DNA of 64,000 bases, taken from the NCBI GenBank assembly GCA_049518595.1, contig JBEKRP010000006.1:31994-95993 (forward strand). Direction: 5' to 3'. The translations under genes were made by a program, and so were the position numbers. The DNA is from Steroidobacteraceae bacterium (GTDB lineage: Bacteria > Pseudomonadota > Gammaproteobacteria > Steroidobacterales > Steroidobacteraceae). Shown in pieces: positions 48,587 through 57,822 of this stretch. Below the pieces are notes generated by a model. That model did no database searches, was not told the DNA's origin, and saw only the letters and a program-made list of their open reading frames with translations. Every line of letters begins with the position of its first letter. Position 1 is the first letter of the stretch.

Positions 48587-49555
48587 ATGAAAATCGGTTT
48601 TATCGGTCTCGGCAATGTGGGTGGGAAGCTCGCCGGAACGCTGCTTCGCAATGGGCATCCGCTCATGGTCCGAGATCTGAATGACCATCTGGTGCAGTCC
48701 TTCGTGGCGCGCGGCGCGAGCAGCGCCGCCTCGCCGCGGGCAATGGCCGAGTCGGTCGATCTGATCATCACCTGTCTGCCCTCGCCGGCGGCATCCGCCG
48801 AGGTCGTGGAAGGCAAGGACGGCTTTCTCGCCCATCTGCGAGCCGGACAGATCTGGCTCGAGATGAGCACCACGGATCACGCCGAAGTGCTACGCCTCGG
48901 CGCGCTGATTGAAGCCAAAGGCGGCCTGGTGATGGATTGCCCCGTTTCGGGCGGCTGCCATCGCGCCGCCACTGGCAACATCGCCATCTTTGCCGGGGGC
49001 CGGCGCGCGACCTTTGAGCGCGTGCTGCCGGTGCTGACGACGATGGGGCGCCGCATCCTGCATACCGGACCGCTCGGTACGGCGTCGCGCCTGAAGGTTG
49101 TCACCAACTATCTGTGCGCCGTGCACGTGGCGGCCCTGGCGGAGGCGCTCACCGTGTGCAAAGTGGCAGGCCTTGACATGAACACCGCCTACGAGGCGAT
49201 CCGCATCTCCTCGGGCAACTCCTTCGTCCATGAAACCGAATCCCAGGTGATCCTAAACGGCAGCCGGGATATCAATTTCACCATGGATCTGGTGATCAAG
49301 GATGTGGGTCTGTTCGACAAGTTGGCGCAGGATCACCAGGTGCCGCTCGAACTGTCCCCGCTGGTGCTCAACATCTTCAAGGACGGGCAGAAGCGCTATG
49401 GGCCGCGGGAATTCTCGCCCAACATCATCCGGCGCCTTGAGGACGCGTGCCACACTAAGGTCCTCGGCCGGGGTTTCCCGGCGGAAATTACCGATGATGA
49501 GCCTGAAGAGCGGGGCTATGAAGTGGTGGCCCGGCGCGGCGAATCGCCCGCCTGA
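48587..49555 (+). CDS. NAD(P)-dependent 3-hydroxyisobutyrate/6-phosphogluconate dehydrogenase-like oxidoreductase
   Basis: MKIGFIGLGNVGGKLA (Rossmann), ..DCPVSGG.., ..KVVTNYL... Confidence 0.85.
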   Translation: MKIGFIGLGNVGGKLAGTLLRNGHPLMVRDLNDHLVQSFVARGASSAASPRAMAESVDLIITCLPSPAASAEVVEGKDGFLAHLRAGQIWLEMSTTDHAEVLRLGALIEAKGGLVMDCPVSGGCHRAATGNIAIFAGGRRATFERVLPVLTTMGRRILHTGPLGTASRLKVVTNYLCAVHVAALAEALTVCKVAGLDMNTAYEAIRISSGNSFVHETESQVILNGSRDINFTMDLVIKDVGLFDKLAQDHQVPLELSPLVLNIFKDGQKRYGPREFSPNIIRRLEDACHTKVLGRGFPAEITDDEPEERGYEVVARRGESPA

Positions 49556-49588
49556 GGTGCTCGCCATCGGCGTTCAATGTCGAGTCGA

Positions 49589-50659
49589 TCAGGGCACGAG
49601 GACAATTTTCCCGGTGTGCTCGCGCCGGATCAATGCCTGTTGCGCTCGGGCGATGTCGCGCAGCGGATATGCCTGGGCGACGACCGGGCGGATTTCCCCG
49701 CGCTCGATGTATCCGACCAGGGCACGGAAGACGCCCGAATCGAGCACGGTGCAGCCAATGAGCCGCATATCCTTCAGATACAGCATCCGAAGATCGAGTT
49801 CAACCTGAGGGCCGCCAATCGCACCGGCCACTGCGTACCGGCCACCTCGCCGCAGCAGCTCAAGCAGCGATGCAAACGCGTCGCCACCCACGACATCGAT
49901 TACGACGTCAACGGCTTCCCGGCCAAGCTCGCGCATGAGGTCGGCCCCGCGCGCGATGACGCGCATCGCGCCGAGCGCAGCGACCGCCTCAGCTTTGGCG
50001 GCACCCGCGATAGCGAGCACCGAAGCGCCGCGGCGACTGGCCAACTGGACCGCCGCCGAGCCGACGCCGCCGGAGGCGCCGGTGATCAGCACGCACTCAC
50101 CAGCAGTCACTTGCGCACGCTGCAGCATGTTTTCCGCCGCCGAGTAGGCGCAAGGAAACGAGGCGAGCTCGACATCGGACAGCGCGCTGCTGATGCGATG
50201 GGCGTGGATGGCCGGAACACGGGCAAACTGCGCAAAAGCCCCGTCACACTCCGAACCGAAATAGAGCACCTGATATGGGGAACTGGCTCCCGGCATTCGG
50301 AACACCGGTTCGATCAGCACCCGCTCACCGATTCTTGCCGGATCGGCCTTGGTACCGACCGCGACCACGTGCCCGCAGCCATCGGCACCCTGGATGCGCG
50401 GAAATGCCAATGCCGCGCCCAGCCATCCGCCATCCTCGCCGATTTGCGGGCCAGATCCCGGACGGCCGCCGCCGGTGTCCTCACCTCCGGCTACCGCCTT
50501 CGAGTACCAGCCGATGCGGGTATTGACATCGGTATTGTTGACCCCCGCCGCCCCGATCTGCACCAGCACATCGTCCGGACCGGGAGCCGGCACGTGGATA
50601 TCGTCACGATACTCGAGCTGCTCGAAGCCGCCATGGCCCTTCAGCAGGACTCCGCTCAT
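49589..50659 (-). CDS. Zinc-type alcohol dehydrogenase / quinone oxidoreductase family protein
   Basis: MDR fold: ..PGPDDVLVQIGAAGVNNTD.., ..VLITGASGGVGSAAVQLA.. The start is uncertain (50659 or 50722). Confidence 0.8.
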   Translation of the reverse strand: MSGVLLKGHGGFEQLEYRDDIHVPAPGPDDVLVQIGAAGVNNTDVNTRIGWYSKAVAGGEDTGGGRPGSGPQIGEDGGWLGAALAFPRIQGADGCGHVVAVGTKADPARIGERVLIEPVFRMPGASSPYQVLYFGSECDGAFAQFARVPAIHAHRISSALSDVELASFPCAYSAAENMLQRAQVTAGECVLITGASGGVGSAAVQLASRRGASVLAIAGAAKAEAVAALGAMRVIARGADLMRELGREAVDVVIDVVGGDAFASLLELLRRGGRYAVAGAIGGPQVELDLRMLYLKDMRLIGCTVLDSGVFRALVGYIERGEIRPVVAQAYPLRDIARAQQALIRREHTGKIVLVP

Positions 50660-50765
50660 CAGGCGCGGCACGCCAATCGGGGCGCGCCCCGTTGCTGCTC
50701 GCCGATCAGCTATCGCGTTCATCCCCGCACCCGGCTGGCCGGGGGGGGCCCGCTGGCAGGCGCTG

Positions 50766-51953
50766 TCAGGTGACCGGCCGTCCATCCATTTCCAAGTGCA
50801 ACATATTGCCCTGGTACGGATGGCGTAGCGCGAACTCCTCGTTGAGCTCGACACCGAGTCCCGCATCCGTCGGCGGTATAACGTAACCGTCCTGCCATTT
50901 GATCGGCCTTTGCAGAATGTCGCTGTGAAATCCCTGCCAGCGCTCGATGCTCTCCAGAATCAGGAAATTGGGGCTGCAGGTGGCAAGCTGGATGTTGGCC
51001 GCGCCAACGACCGGACCGCAATACAGGTGCGGAGCAATCTGCACGTGCTGGGTCTCGGCCATCCCGGCGATTTTCTTGGCCTCGAGCAGGCCGCCGACGC
51101 GTCCCAGATTCATCTGCAAAATGGCGGCCGAGCCTGCCCGCAGCAGGCGTGCAAAGTCGTACTTGGTCGCCAGCCGCTCGCCGGTCGCAATCGGTATCGT
51201 GGTCGCGCGAGCAACCTTCGCCATCTCCTCCGGGCTATCCGGGGGCACGGGCTCCTCGAACCACAGCGGATCGTAGGGCTCGAGCCGGCGAGCCAGGCGA
51301 ATCGCCCCGGCCGCCGTCATCTGCCCATGAGTACCGAATAGCAGATCGGCCTTGGATCCGACGGCCTCGCGCAGCACTCGCACGAACTGCTCGCACAGGT
51401 CCAGCGCCTCGAGCGACAGCTGGCGTCCGTCGAAAGCGCTGTACGGGCCCGCCGGATCGAATTTGATCGCCGTGAACCCCTGCCGCAGGTAATCGTGTGC
51501 GCGCTCGGCTGACAGCGCCGGGTCATGATAAATCTCGCTGCCCTGATTCGCGCGCGGGTAAATGTAGGTGTAGGAGCGCAGGCGCTCGTGCACCTGCCCG
51601 CCAAGGAGCTTATAGACCGGCTGGCCGGCGGCCTTGCCGATGATGTCCCAGCAGGCCATCTCGAGCGCGCTGAGCAAACCCATCATGCTCAGATCCGGAT
51701 GCTGCGTGAAGCCGCTGGAATACACGCGCCGCCACAGCGCTTCGATGTCATGCGGGTCGTTCCCCTCCATATAGCGCCCGAACACATCCTCGAGCAGCTT
51801 AGCCACGAGATCGGGATGAAACGGCACGCCATAGGATTCGCCGATTCCAGAGACATTGTCGTCCGTCGTCAGTTTGACAAACACGAACCATCGGCCACCG
51901 AAGTGCGGCGGCGGATTGCCGACGACAAAAGTCTTGATGTCCTTTAGCTGCAT
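50766..51953 (-). CDS. Enolase-superfamily enzyme (mandelate racemase / acid-sugar dehydratase-like)
   Basis: A capping domain plus a barrel with metal ligands (..FDPAG.., ..WFEEP.., ..ATGER..) and ..KLLGG.. The substrate cannot be inferred by eye. Confidence 0.85.
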   Translation of the reverse strand: MQLKDIKTFVVGNPPPHFGGRWFVFVKLTTDDNVSGIGESYGVPFHPDLVAKLLEDVFGRYMEGNDPHDIEALWRRVYSSGFTQHPDLSMMGLLSALEMACWDIIGKAAGQPVYKLLGGQVHERLRSYTYIYPRANQGSEIYHDPALSAERAHDYLRQGFTAIKFDPAGPYSAFDGRQLSLEALDLCEQFVRVLREAVGSKADLLFGTHGQMTAAGAIRLARRLEPYDPLWFEEPVPPDSPEEMAKVARATTIPIATGERLATKYDFARLLRAGSAAILQMNLGRVGGLLEAKKIAGMAETQHVQIAPHLYCGPVVGAANIQLATCSPNFLILESIERWQGFHSDILQRPIKWQDGYVIPPTDAGLGVELNEEFALRHPYQGNMLHLEMDGRPVT

Positions 51954-52207
51954 GGGGTCGCTCTTGGCTCGTCAAGCGCCGTCTGTTTAACGTAAAGCAT
52001 AGACGCAAACGAGAGCCAGTAGACGCCAACTGCAATGCAGAAAAAGGCCACGGCTCATCAAACAAAGGCATCCCGTAGGCCAGACTTCCCCGCGTCGGCT
52101 CTCGGCTGCACCGGGGGCCTGCGTGTGCGGCGCAAAACCAGTACCATGCTGTGGACAGGTCCCCAGGTCACCGGCTGGCGCCCCGGAGCCCGGTCCCGTC
52201 AACAGCA

Positions 52208-53548
52208 ATGGGGGCGATCAAGATTTCAGTCACTGCCGCCGTACCGCCAGCTTCCGTCGACGCCGCTCAGGCGTCCTTCATGGCGCGCTGGTACGTGCTG
52301 CTGATGATGGTGGCGGTCTATACGCTCAGCATTGCGGACCGCTATGCAATCTCCACGGTCCTGGAACCCATCCGATTGGAGCTGCATCTGACCGATTCCG
52401 GGATTGCTTTTCTGACCGGCACCTCGCTCGCACTGTTTTATGTGCTGTTCGGCTTCCCGCTGTCCTGGCTCACGGACCGGGCCAGCCGGCGCATCATCAT
52501 CACCTGCTCGGTGCTGGCCTGGTCTGCCATGACCCTCTGCACCGGCCTGGCGCGCAATTATCGGGCACTGCAACTGTCGCGACTCGGCGTGGGGGTCGGT
52601 GAGGCGGGCGGTACGCCCGGCGCGAACTCAATCCTCTCGGATTATTTCCCATGCTCACGCCGGCCGATGGCGCTGACGATCTTCGCGCTCGGCGCACCGA
52701 TCGGTGCGTGGATAGCGGCCGATTTTACCGGCCGCATATCCGATCTGTATGGGTGGCGCACGGTCTTTTTGTGGCTCGGTGCAGCGGGCCTCGTGTTCGG
52801 TATCTGGCTCTACGCGACGGTGCGCGAACCACGACGCGGTTGCCTCGATCACAAGCTGCGTGTGGATAGCCCCGCGTTTTGGGTCACGATGAAATACCTA
52901 TGGAGTCAGCGCTCGGCGGTGCACGTGGTGATGGCCACTTCTGTCACCGCGCTCTGGGGCTGGGGCCTGATGTGGTGGACGCCGACGTACTTGATGCGAA
53001 CTTACTCGCTGAGCCCGGGCCAAGCCGGGGCCGTGACTGCCCCCATGCACCTGTACGGCGGCATTGCAGCCACACTGCTGACCGCATGGCTACTCGGGCA
53101 ATCCTGGATGGCCAACCCCAAGCGTATCGTGTGGCTCCTCGGCACCGTTATCGGTCTGTCAACGATCATATCGATCGTGATCTACTGGACGCACTCGCTC
53201 AGCCTGGCAACGGCGCTGTTCTGGGTCTTTATTCCATCGATCTATTTTTATATTGGACCCGGCTTTGGATTACTGAATAACCTGGCCGAGCCGCGCATGC
53301 GCGCCATGTTCTGTGCTGCAGTACTGTTTGTCGCCAACGTATTCAATCTGGTGGTCGCGCCGCAAGCCGTGGGGTTCCTAAGTGACTGGTTCGCGCCCGG
53401 CCACATCGCCAATGCCGCGTCGCTGCGCCTGGCGCTGCTGTGCCTCGCGCCCACGGGCTTCTGGGCCACATTTCATTACTTCTGGTCGGCCCGGCGATTG
53501 GTCCAGGACCAGGAGCGCGCTACCGGGATCGAGGTCAAGACTGCCTGA
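52208..53548 (+). CDS. MFS transporter (anion/cation symporter-like)
   Basis: 12 predicted TM segments, with ..LSIADRYAIS.. and ..DRASRRIII.. motifs. ATG at 52208. Confidence 0.8.
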   Translation: MGAIKISVTAAVPPASVDAAQASFMARWYVLLMMVAVYTLSIADRYAISTVLEPIRLELHLTDSGIAFLTGTSLALFYVLFGFPLSWLTDRASRRIIITCSVLAWSAMTLCTGLARNYRALQLSRLGVGVGEAGGTPGANSILSDYFPCSRRPMALTIFALGAPIGAWIAADFTGRISDLYGWRTVFLWLGAAGLVFGIWLYATVREPRRGCLDHKLRVDSPAFWVTMKYLWSQRSAVHVVMATSVTALWGWGLMWWTPTYLMRTYSLSPGQAGAVTAPMHLYGGIAATLLTAWLLGQSWMANPKRIVWLLGTVIGLSTIISIVIYWTHSLSLATALFWVFIPSIYFYIGPGFGLLNNLAEPRMRAMFCAAVLFVANVFNLVVAPQAVGFLSDWFAPGHIANAASLRLALLCLAPTGFWATFHYFWSARRLVQDQERATGIEVKTA

Positions 53549-53584
53549 GGCCGGAGCGCCGGCACCCTGCACTGCGCCGGCACC

Positions 53585-54460
53585 CTACACCGCCTCGGCC
53601 GCCCTCGCCGCCCGCCGGCCATTGCCCATCAGGCTGAACGCCAGCAGCGCCGATGCCAGCATCAGAAACAGGCTCACGGCGTTCAGCACTGGGCTGGCGC
53701 CCTCGCGCATGCGCCCGTACATCAGGACAGTGAGCGGCGGGTCGGCTCCGACCAGCATCAGAGTGGTGTTGAAATTCTCGAAGGACATCAGAAAGGAGAT
53801 GGCCGCCGCACCGATCAGCGCCGGCCGCAGATACGGCAACGTGATCGTGCGCAGCACCGCCGCATGCGAGGCGCCGAGATTGAGCGCGGCTTCCTCGAGC
53901 GTCCGGTCGAAGCGCTTCAGGCGCGCGCTCACCATCAGCGTGGCGATGGTCGCAACGTAGGAGAACTGGCCGAGCACGACCAGCACCAGCCCCGGCCGCA
54001 GGAAATCCAGATCGAATCCGAATGCGCTATCGGCAAGCTCAGCGAGGCGGCTGCAGAAAGCGAGAATAGAGATGCCCAGAATGACGCCCGGGATGACGAG
54101 CGGCACCAGCATTAGAAACGACAGCAACTGCTTGCCGGGAAAGCGATAGCGCTCCATGAGGAAGGCATTCGCCGTCCCCACGGTCACCGACAGCGCCGTT
54201 ACCCAGCTGGCCACCACGACGCTGGTCCAGATGCTGCCGAGCAGCTCCGTGTCACGGAAAAGCCCCGTTCGGCCGGAGGCTTCGTTACCGATGAACCAGT
54301 CGAGCGTGAAGCCGTGCCATGGCGGCGCCGGATAGGGCGCATTGTTGAACGCGAACACCGCGACCACGACTAGCGGCAGGAACAGAAACAGGAGGAAGGC
54401 GCCAAGATACAGCGCCGTCGCCGCGCGCAGCCAGGCCGGACGGGGCAGCGAGGCGATCAT
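53585..54460 (-). CDS. ABC transporter permease (PotC/PotI-like)
   Basis: 6 TM segments and an EAA-like loop ..LEEAALNLGASHAAVLRTITLP... The start overlaps the upstream stop. Confidence 0.85.
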   Translation of the reverse strand: MIASLPRPAWLRAATALYLGAFLLFLFLPLVVVAVFAFNNAPYPAPPWHGFTLDWFIGNEASGRTGLFRDTELLGSIWTSVVVASWVTALSVTVGTANAFLMERYRFPGKQLLSFLMLVPLVIPGVILGISILAFCSRLAELADSAFGFDLDFLRPGLVLVVLGQFSYVATIATLMVSARLKRFDRTLEEAALNLGASHAAVLRTITLPYLRPALIGAAAISFLMSFENFNTTLMLVGADPPLTVLMYGRMREGASPVLNAVSLFLMLASALLAFSLMGNGRRAARAAEAV

Positions 54461-55341
54461 GTGCGACGCATCACATCGACGAAGCGCTGGCCGCTGAGCC
54501 GCAGCCCGAGGGCGACCATGCCGGTGGACAGCGCGAGCAACAGGAAGCCGAAAGCCGCGCCCTGCTCCCAGTTGAAGCGCACGATGAATTGCGTGTAGAT
54601 GAGCTCGGTGAACCACTGCGAATTCTTGCCGCCGAGCAGGTTCGGCGTCAGGTAGTTGCCGAGCGTGAGCATGAACACGACGATGCAACCGGCGGTGATT
54701 CCGGGCGCCGCATGCGGGATGACGATGCGCCGCAGGATCGCCAAGCCGCTGCCGCCGAGGTCATAGGCGGCCTCGATCAGCGAATTGTCGAGGCTCTCCA
54801 GACTGCTCACGAGCGGCACTACCATGAACAACAGCGACGTATAGACGAGTCCGATCAGAATCGTTGCGTCATGGTAGAGCAGCTCGACCGGCACCGCCGT
54901 AATGCCGAGCCGGACGAGCAGAGCCGGCAGAACACCGGATTCGCGCAGCAGGATCAGCCAACCGAGCGCGCGCACCGTCTCGCTGACCCAGAACGGGATC
55001 AGGCAGACGACGAACAGTAGGGAACTGGCTCGACCGCGCGCGATCTTGGCGATGATCCAGGCCACGGGGAAGGCAACCAGCAGCGTCAGCGCCGTTGCCA
55101 CCGCCGACAGAATGGCGGTTCGGACGAACACCCGCCAGTACAGCGGTTCGGCGAAGAAGGTCCGGTACTGCGCGAGGCTCGCCGCATACGCGCGCGGGCC
55201 GATCCGCTCGCGAAACGATAGCAGCGCGAGGTCGATGTGCGGCAGGATGATGAGCGCGAACAGCCACAGCAGCGCCGGGGTGAGCAGCACAGCCAGCATC
55301 AGCCGGCGCTGCCACAGGGCGGGGGTGGACGTCTCAGACAT
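54457..55341 (-). CDS. ABC transporter permease (PotB/PotH-like)
   Basis: 6 TM segments and an EAA loop ..LIEAAYDLGGSGLAILRRIVIP... Confidence 0.85.
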   Translation of the reverse strand: MSETSTPALWQRRLMLAVLLTPALLWLFALIILPHIDLALLSFRERIGPRAYAASLAQYRTFFAEPLYWRVFVRTAILSAVATALTLLVAFPVAWIIAKIARGRASSLLFVVCLIPFWVSETVRALGWLILLRESGVLPALLVRLGITAVPVELLYHDATILIGLVYTSLLFMVVPLVSSLESLDNSLIEAAYDLGGSGLAILRRIVIPHAAPGITAGCIVVFMLTLGNYLTPNLLGGKNSQWFTELIYTQFIVRFNWEQGAAFGFLLLALSTGMVALGLRLSGQRFVDVMRRT

Positions 55342-56452
55342 GCTCGGTGCCGACGGCGGCCGATGCGGCGAAGCACATCGCCCGCTGTGGATCGAAGCCG
55401 AAGGACACTCGGGTACCGGCCTTCAGGTCCGCCAGGCGACCGGTCTGCGGCAGTGCTACACGGAACTCGAAGCGGGTTTGCTGCTCGACGATCAGAACGG
55501 CGGAGTTGGCGCCGTCGAACAGCAGGCTCTGCACCTCGCCGGCATAGCGTGCAATGTGCTGCGGCAGCCGACTGGGGTCGAACTCGAGGCTCGCGGCCTC
55601 CGGGCGCACGAAGGCCGCGACCGAGTCGCCGGCGGCGATCGGGCCGCTGCGACGGGCGCGCACCACCCAGCCCTGCGGGGTAACGAGCTCGACGAGATCC
55701 CCAACGACGCCCACGGCGCGCCCGGCGATGCGATTGTTGGCGCCGACGAAGCCGGCGACGAACGCGGTCGCCGGTTCGTAGTAGAGCTGCTGCGGCGTGC
55801 CGAGCTGCTCGAAGCGGCCGTGGTTCATGACCGCCACATGGTCCGAGAGCACGAGCGCCTCGGACTGGTCGTGCGTGATGTAGACGAAGGTGGTGCCGAA
55901 CGCCGCCTGCAGTTGCTTGAGCTCAATCTTCATGTGTTCGCGCAACTTGAGGTCGAGCGCGCCGAGCGGCTCATCGAGCAGCAGCAGCGTGGGTTCGAGC
56001 ACCAGACTGCGGGCGATCGCGACGCGCTGGCGCTGCCCGCCGGACAGCTCGTCGACGCGCTTGTGGCCCGCACCGGCGAGGCCGACGCGCTCGAGCATCG
56101 CCGCGGCGCGCCGCGAGCGCTCGGCTTGCTTCAGGCCGCGGCGGGCAAGTCCGAACGTCACGTTCTCGCCGACCGACATCATCGGAAACAGCGCCAGCTG
56201 CTGGAACACCATGTTGACTGGGCGGCGGTTTGGCGCGACGTCGCGCATGCTGCGTCCGCCGATACGGATGTCACCGCCGTCCGGAACCGTGAATCCGGCG
56301 ATCATTCTGAGCAGCGTGGTCTTGCCGCAGCCGGAGGGCCCGAGGATCGAGAAGAAGCTGCCGCGCTCGACCGCGAACGACAGGCGGTCGACCGCGACAT
56401 GGTCGGAGAAGCGCTTGTCGAGCGCCTCGACGCTGAGATCGGGGATGCTCAA
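55334..56452 (-). CDS. ABC transporter ATP-binding protein (PotA-like, with C-terminal TOBE-type domain)
   Basis: GPSGCGKTT, LSGGQRQRVAIARSL, LLLLDEPLGALD. Confidence 0.9.
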   Translation of the reverse strand: MSIPDLSVEALDKRFSDHVAVDRLSFAVERGSFFSILGPSGCGKTTLLRMIAGFTVPDGGDIRIGGRSMRDVAPNRRPVNMVFQQLALFPMMSVGENVTFGLARRGLKQAERSRRAAAMLERVGLAGAGHKRVDELSGGQRQRVAIARSLVLEPTLLLLDEPLGALDLKLREHMKIELKQLQAAFGTTFVYITHDQSEALVLSDHVAVMNHGRFEQLGTPQQLYYEPATAFVAGFVGANNRIAGRAVGVVGDLVELVTPQGWVVRARRSGPIAAGDSVAAFVRPEAASLEFDPSRLPQHIARYAGEVQSLLFDGANSAVLIVEQQTRFEFRVALPQTGRLADLKAGTRVSFGFDPQRAMCFAASAAVGTEHV

Positions 56453-57513
56453 TTGGCGGCCTTGATGCGATCGAGAATCCGCCCCTCCACCTCTTCGAGG
56501 CCCGAGGGAATAGCCGGGTACCAGTGGATGCCCTTGAAAGCCCCCTCCGGAAAGCTGGCGGCGAACTGCGCTCGAAATTTCGGATTCACCAGGCCTTCAG
56601 TACCGCGCGCGGCGGTCCAGTTGCCGATGGCGTTGGTGATCTTGGCTGCGACGTCCGGTCGCATCGTAAAATTGATCCACGCGTACGCGGCGGCGTCGTT
56701 GCGACCGCGGGCGGGTAGCGCGAAGGTGTCGAGCCAGCCCAGTGCGCCGGATCGCGGCACGATGAACTGGATGTCCGGATCCTGGCGGTTGAGCAGCCAG
56801 CCGCCGGTGTCCCACATCATCGCCGCGACGATCTCGCCCGAGCGCATGCCGTTGAGCAGCTGGTCCTTGTTATCGTAGAAGAACCGCACGTTCGACTTGC
56901 AGGCCGAGAGCGTGGCGCCGACGCTCTCCATGAGCGTCGCGTAGGCCTTGGGATCTCCATAGAGCGCAAACGGATCCTTGCCGGCGGCGAAGGCGAAGGC
57001 CATCAGCGTCGGGCGGCGCAGACGCATCGAGGTCTTGCCCTTGAGATCCGTCCGGCACAGGTCCGGATAGTCGCTGGCCTTGGCACGCTTGGTGTTCACC
57101 ACCAGACCGTCGGCGCCCCATAGATAGGGCAGGGCATAGAGCTTGCCGTCGAGGGTGTTGTTCTTGCGGGTGATCTCGAGTATTTCGGGTACGAACTGTT
57201 CGACCTTGACCTGCGTCAGATCGATCGGCTTGTAGATGCCGAAGTCGCGCTGCACCCCGGTGATGCGATCTTGCGACGGTTGGGCGAGATCGTAGCCGGC
57301 GCCGCCGGTGGCCCGCAGCTTGGAGATCATCTCCTCGTTATTCGACAGCGTCACTTCCACCTGGATGCCGGTCTCCTGCTTGAACTGCGCGACGACCTCG
57401 GCCGGCGCGTAGTCGGCCCAGGTGATCAGGCGCAGCTTCTTGGCGTCATCCGCGGCAGCTGTACCGTGGGCCACGAGGGCGAGCAGCAGAGCATTGGCAA
57501 GCAAGGCTTTCAT
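56449..57513 (-). CDS. Periplasmic substrate-binding protein (PotD/PotF family)
   Basis: Signal peptide MKALLANALLLALVAHGTAAA, and ..LRLITWADYAP.. typical of polyamine/amine-binding SBPs. Confidence 0.85.
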   Translation of the reverse strand: MKALLANALLLALVAHGTAAADDAKKLRLITWADYAPAEVVAQFKQETGIQVEVTLSNNEEMISKLRATGGAGYDLAQPSQDRITGVQRDFGIYKPIDLTQVKVEQFVPEILEITRKNNTLDGKLYALPYLWGADGLVVNTKRAKASDYPDLCRTDLKGKTSMRLRRPTLMAFAFAAGKDPFALYGDPKAYATLMESVGATLSACKSNVRFFYDNKDQLLNGMRSGEIVAAMMWDTGGWLLNRQDPDIQFIVPRSGALGWLDTFALPARGRNDAAAYAWINFTMRPDVAAKITNAIGNWTAARGTEGLVNPKFRAQFAASFPEGAFKGIHWYPAIPSGLEEVEGRILDRIKAAN

Positions 57514-57625
57514 AGTTTCTCCGTGCCGAACCGCTTCGGTTTCTCGGACCATGCTGAGGAGTGGACTCCGGCGGCTATCGGCTTTCCGGCGTCGCCAGCG
57601 GCCGACCTCGAGCGGCACATGCATT

Positions 57626-57787
57626 CGACGTCAACTCATGGGGCGCCTGGTGAGGCCGGTTCTCGTTGTCGTGGACACAGCAAGCTTCCCTGTTCGCCTG
57701 GGCGTCGTCAATCGACCCCAATCGATGCGCGTTCAGCCATTCATCGCGAAACGCTCGGCTGACGCTGTGGACAAAGCAGCGCTCGCA
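57626..57787 (-). mobile_element. Remnant of an IS3-type transposase (OrfB/rve) C-terminus
   Basis: The translation ..CERCFVHSVSRAFRDEWLNAHRLGSIDDAQANREACCVHDNENRPHQAPHELT.. parallels the IS3-family tail ..IESFNG.LRDECLN.H.F.SL.DAR..IE.WR..YN..RPHSALG..TP... No start or catalytic domain remains. Confidence 0.5.
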
Positions 57788-57822
57788 GTGCAGGTACACG
57801 GGACCACATGGACGGGCGCGCA

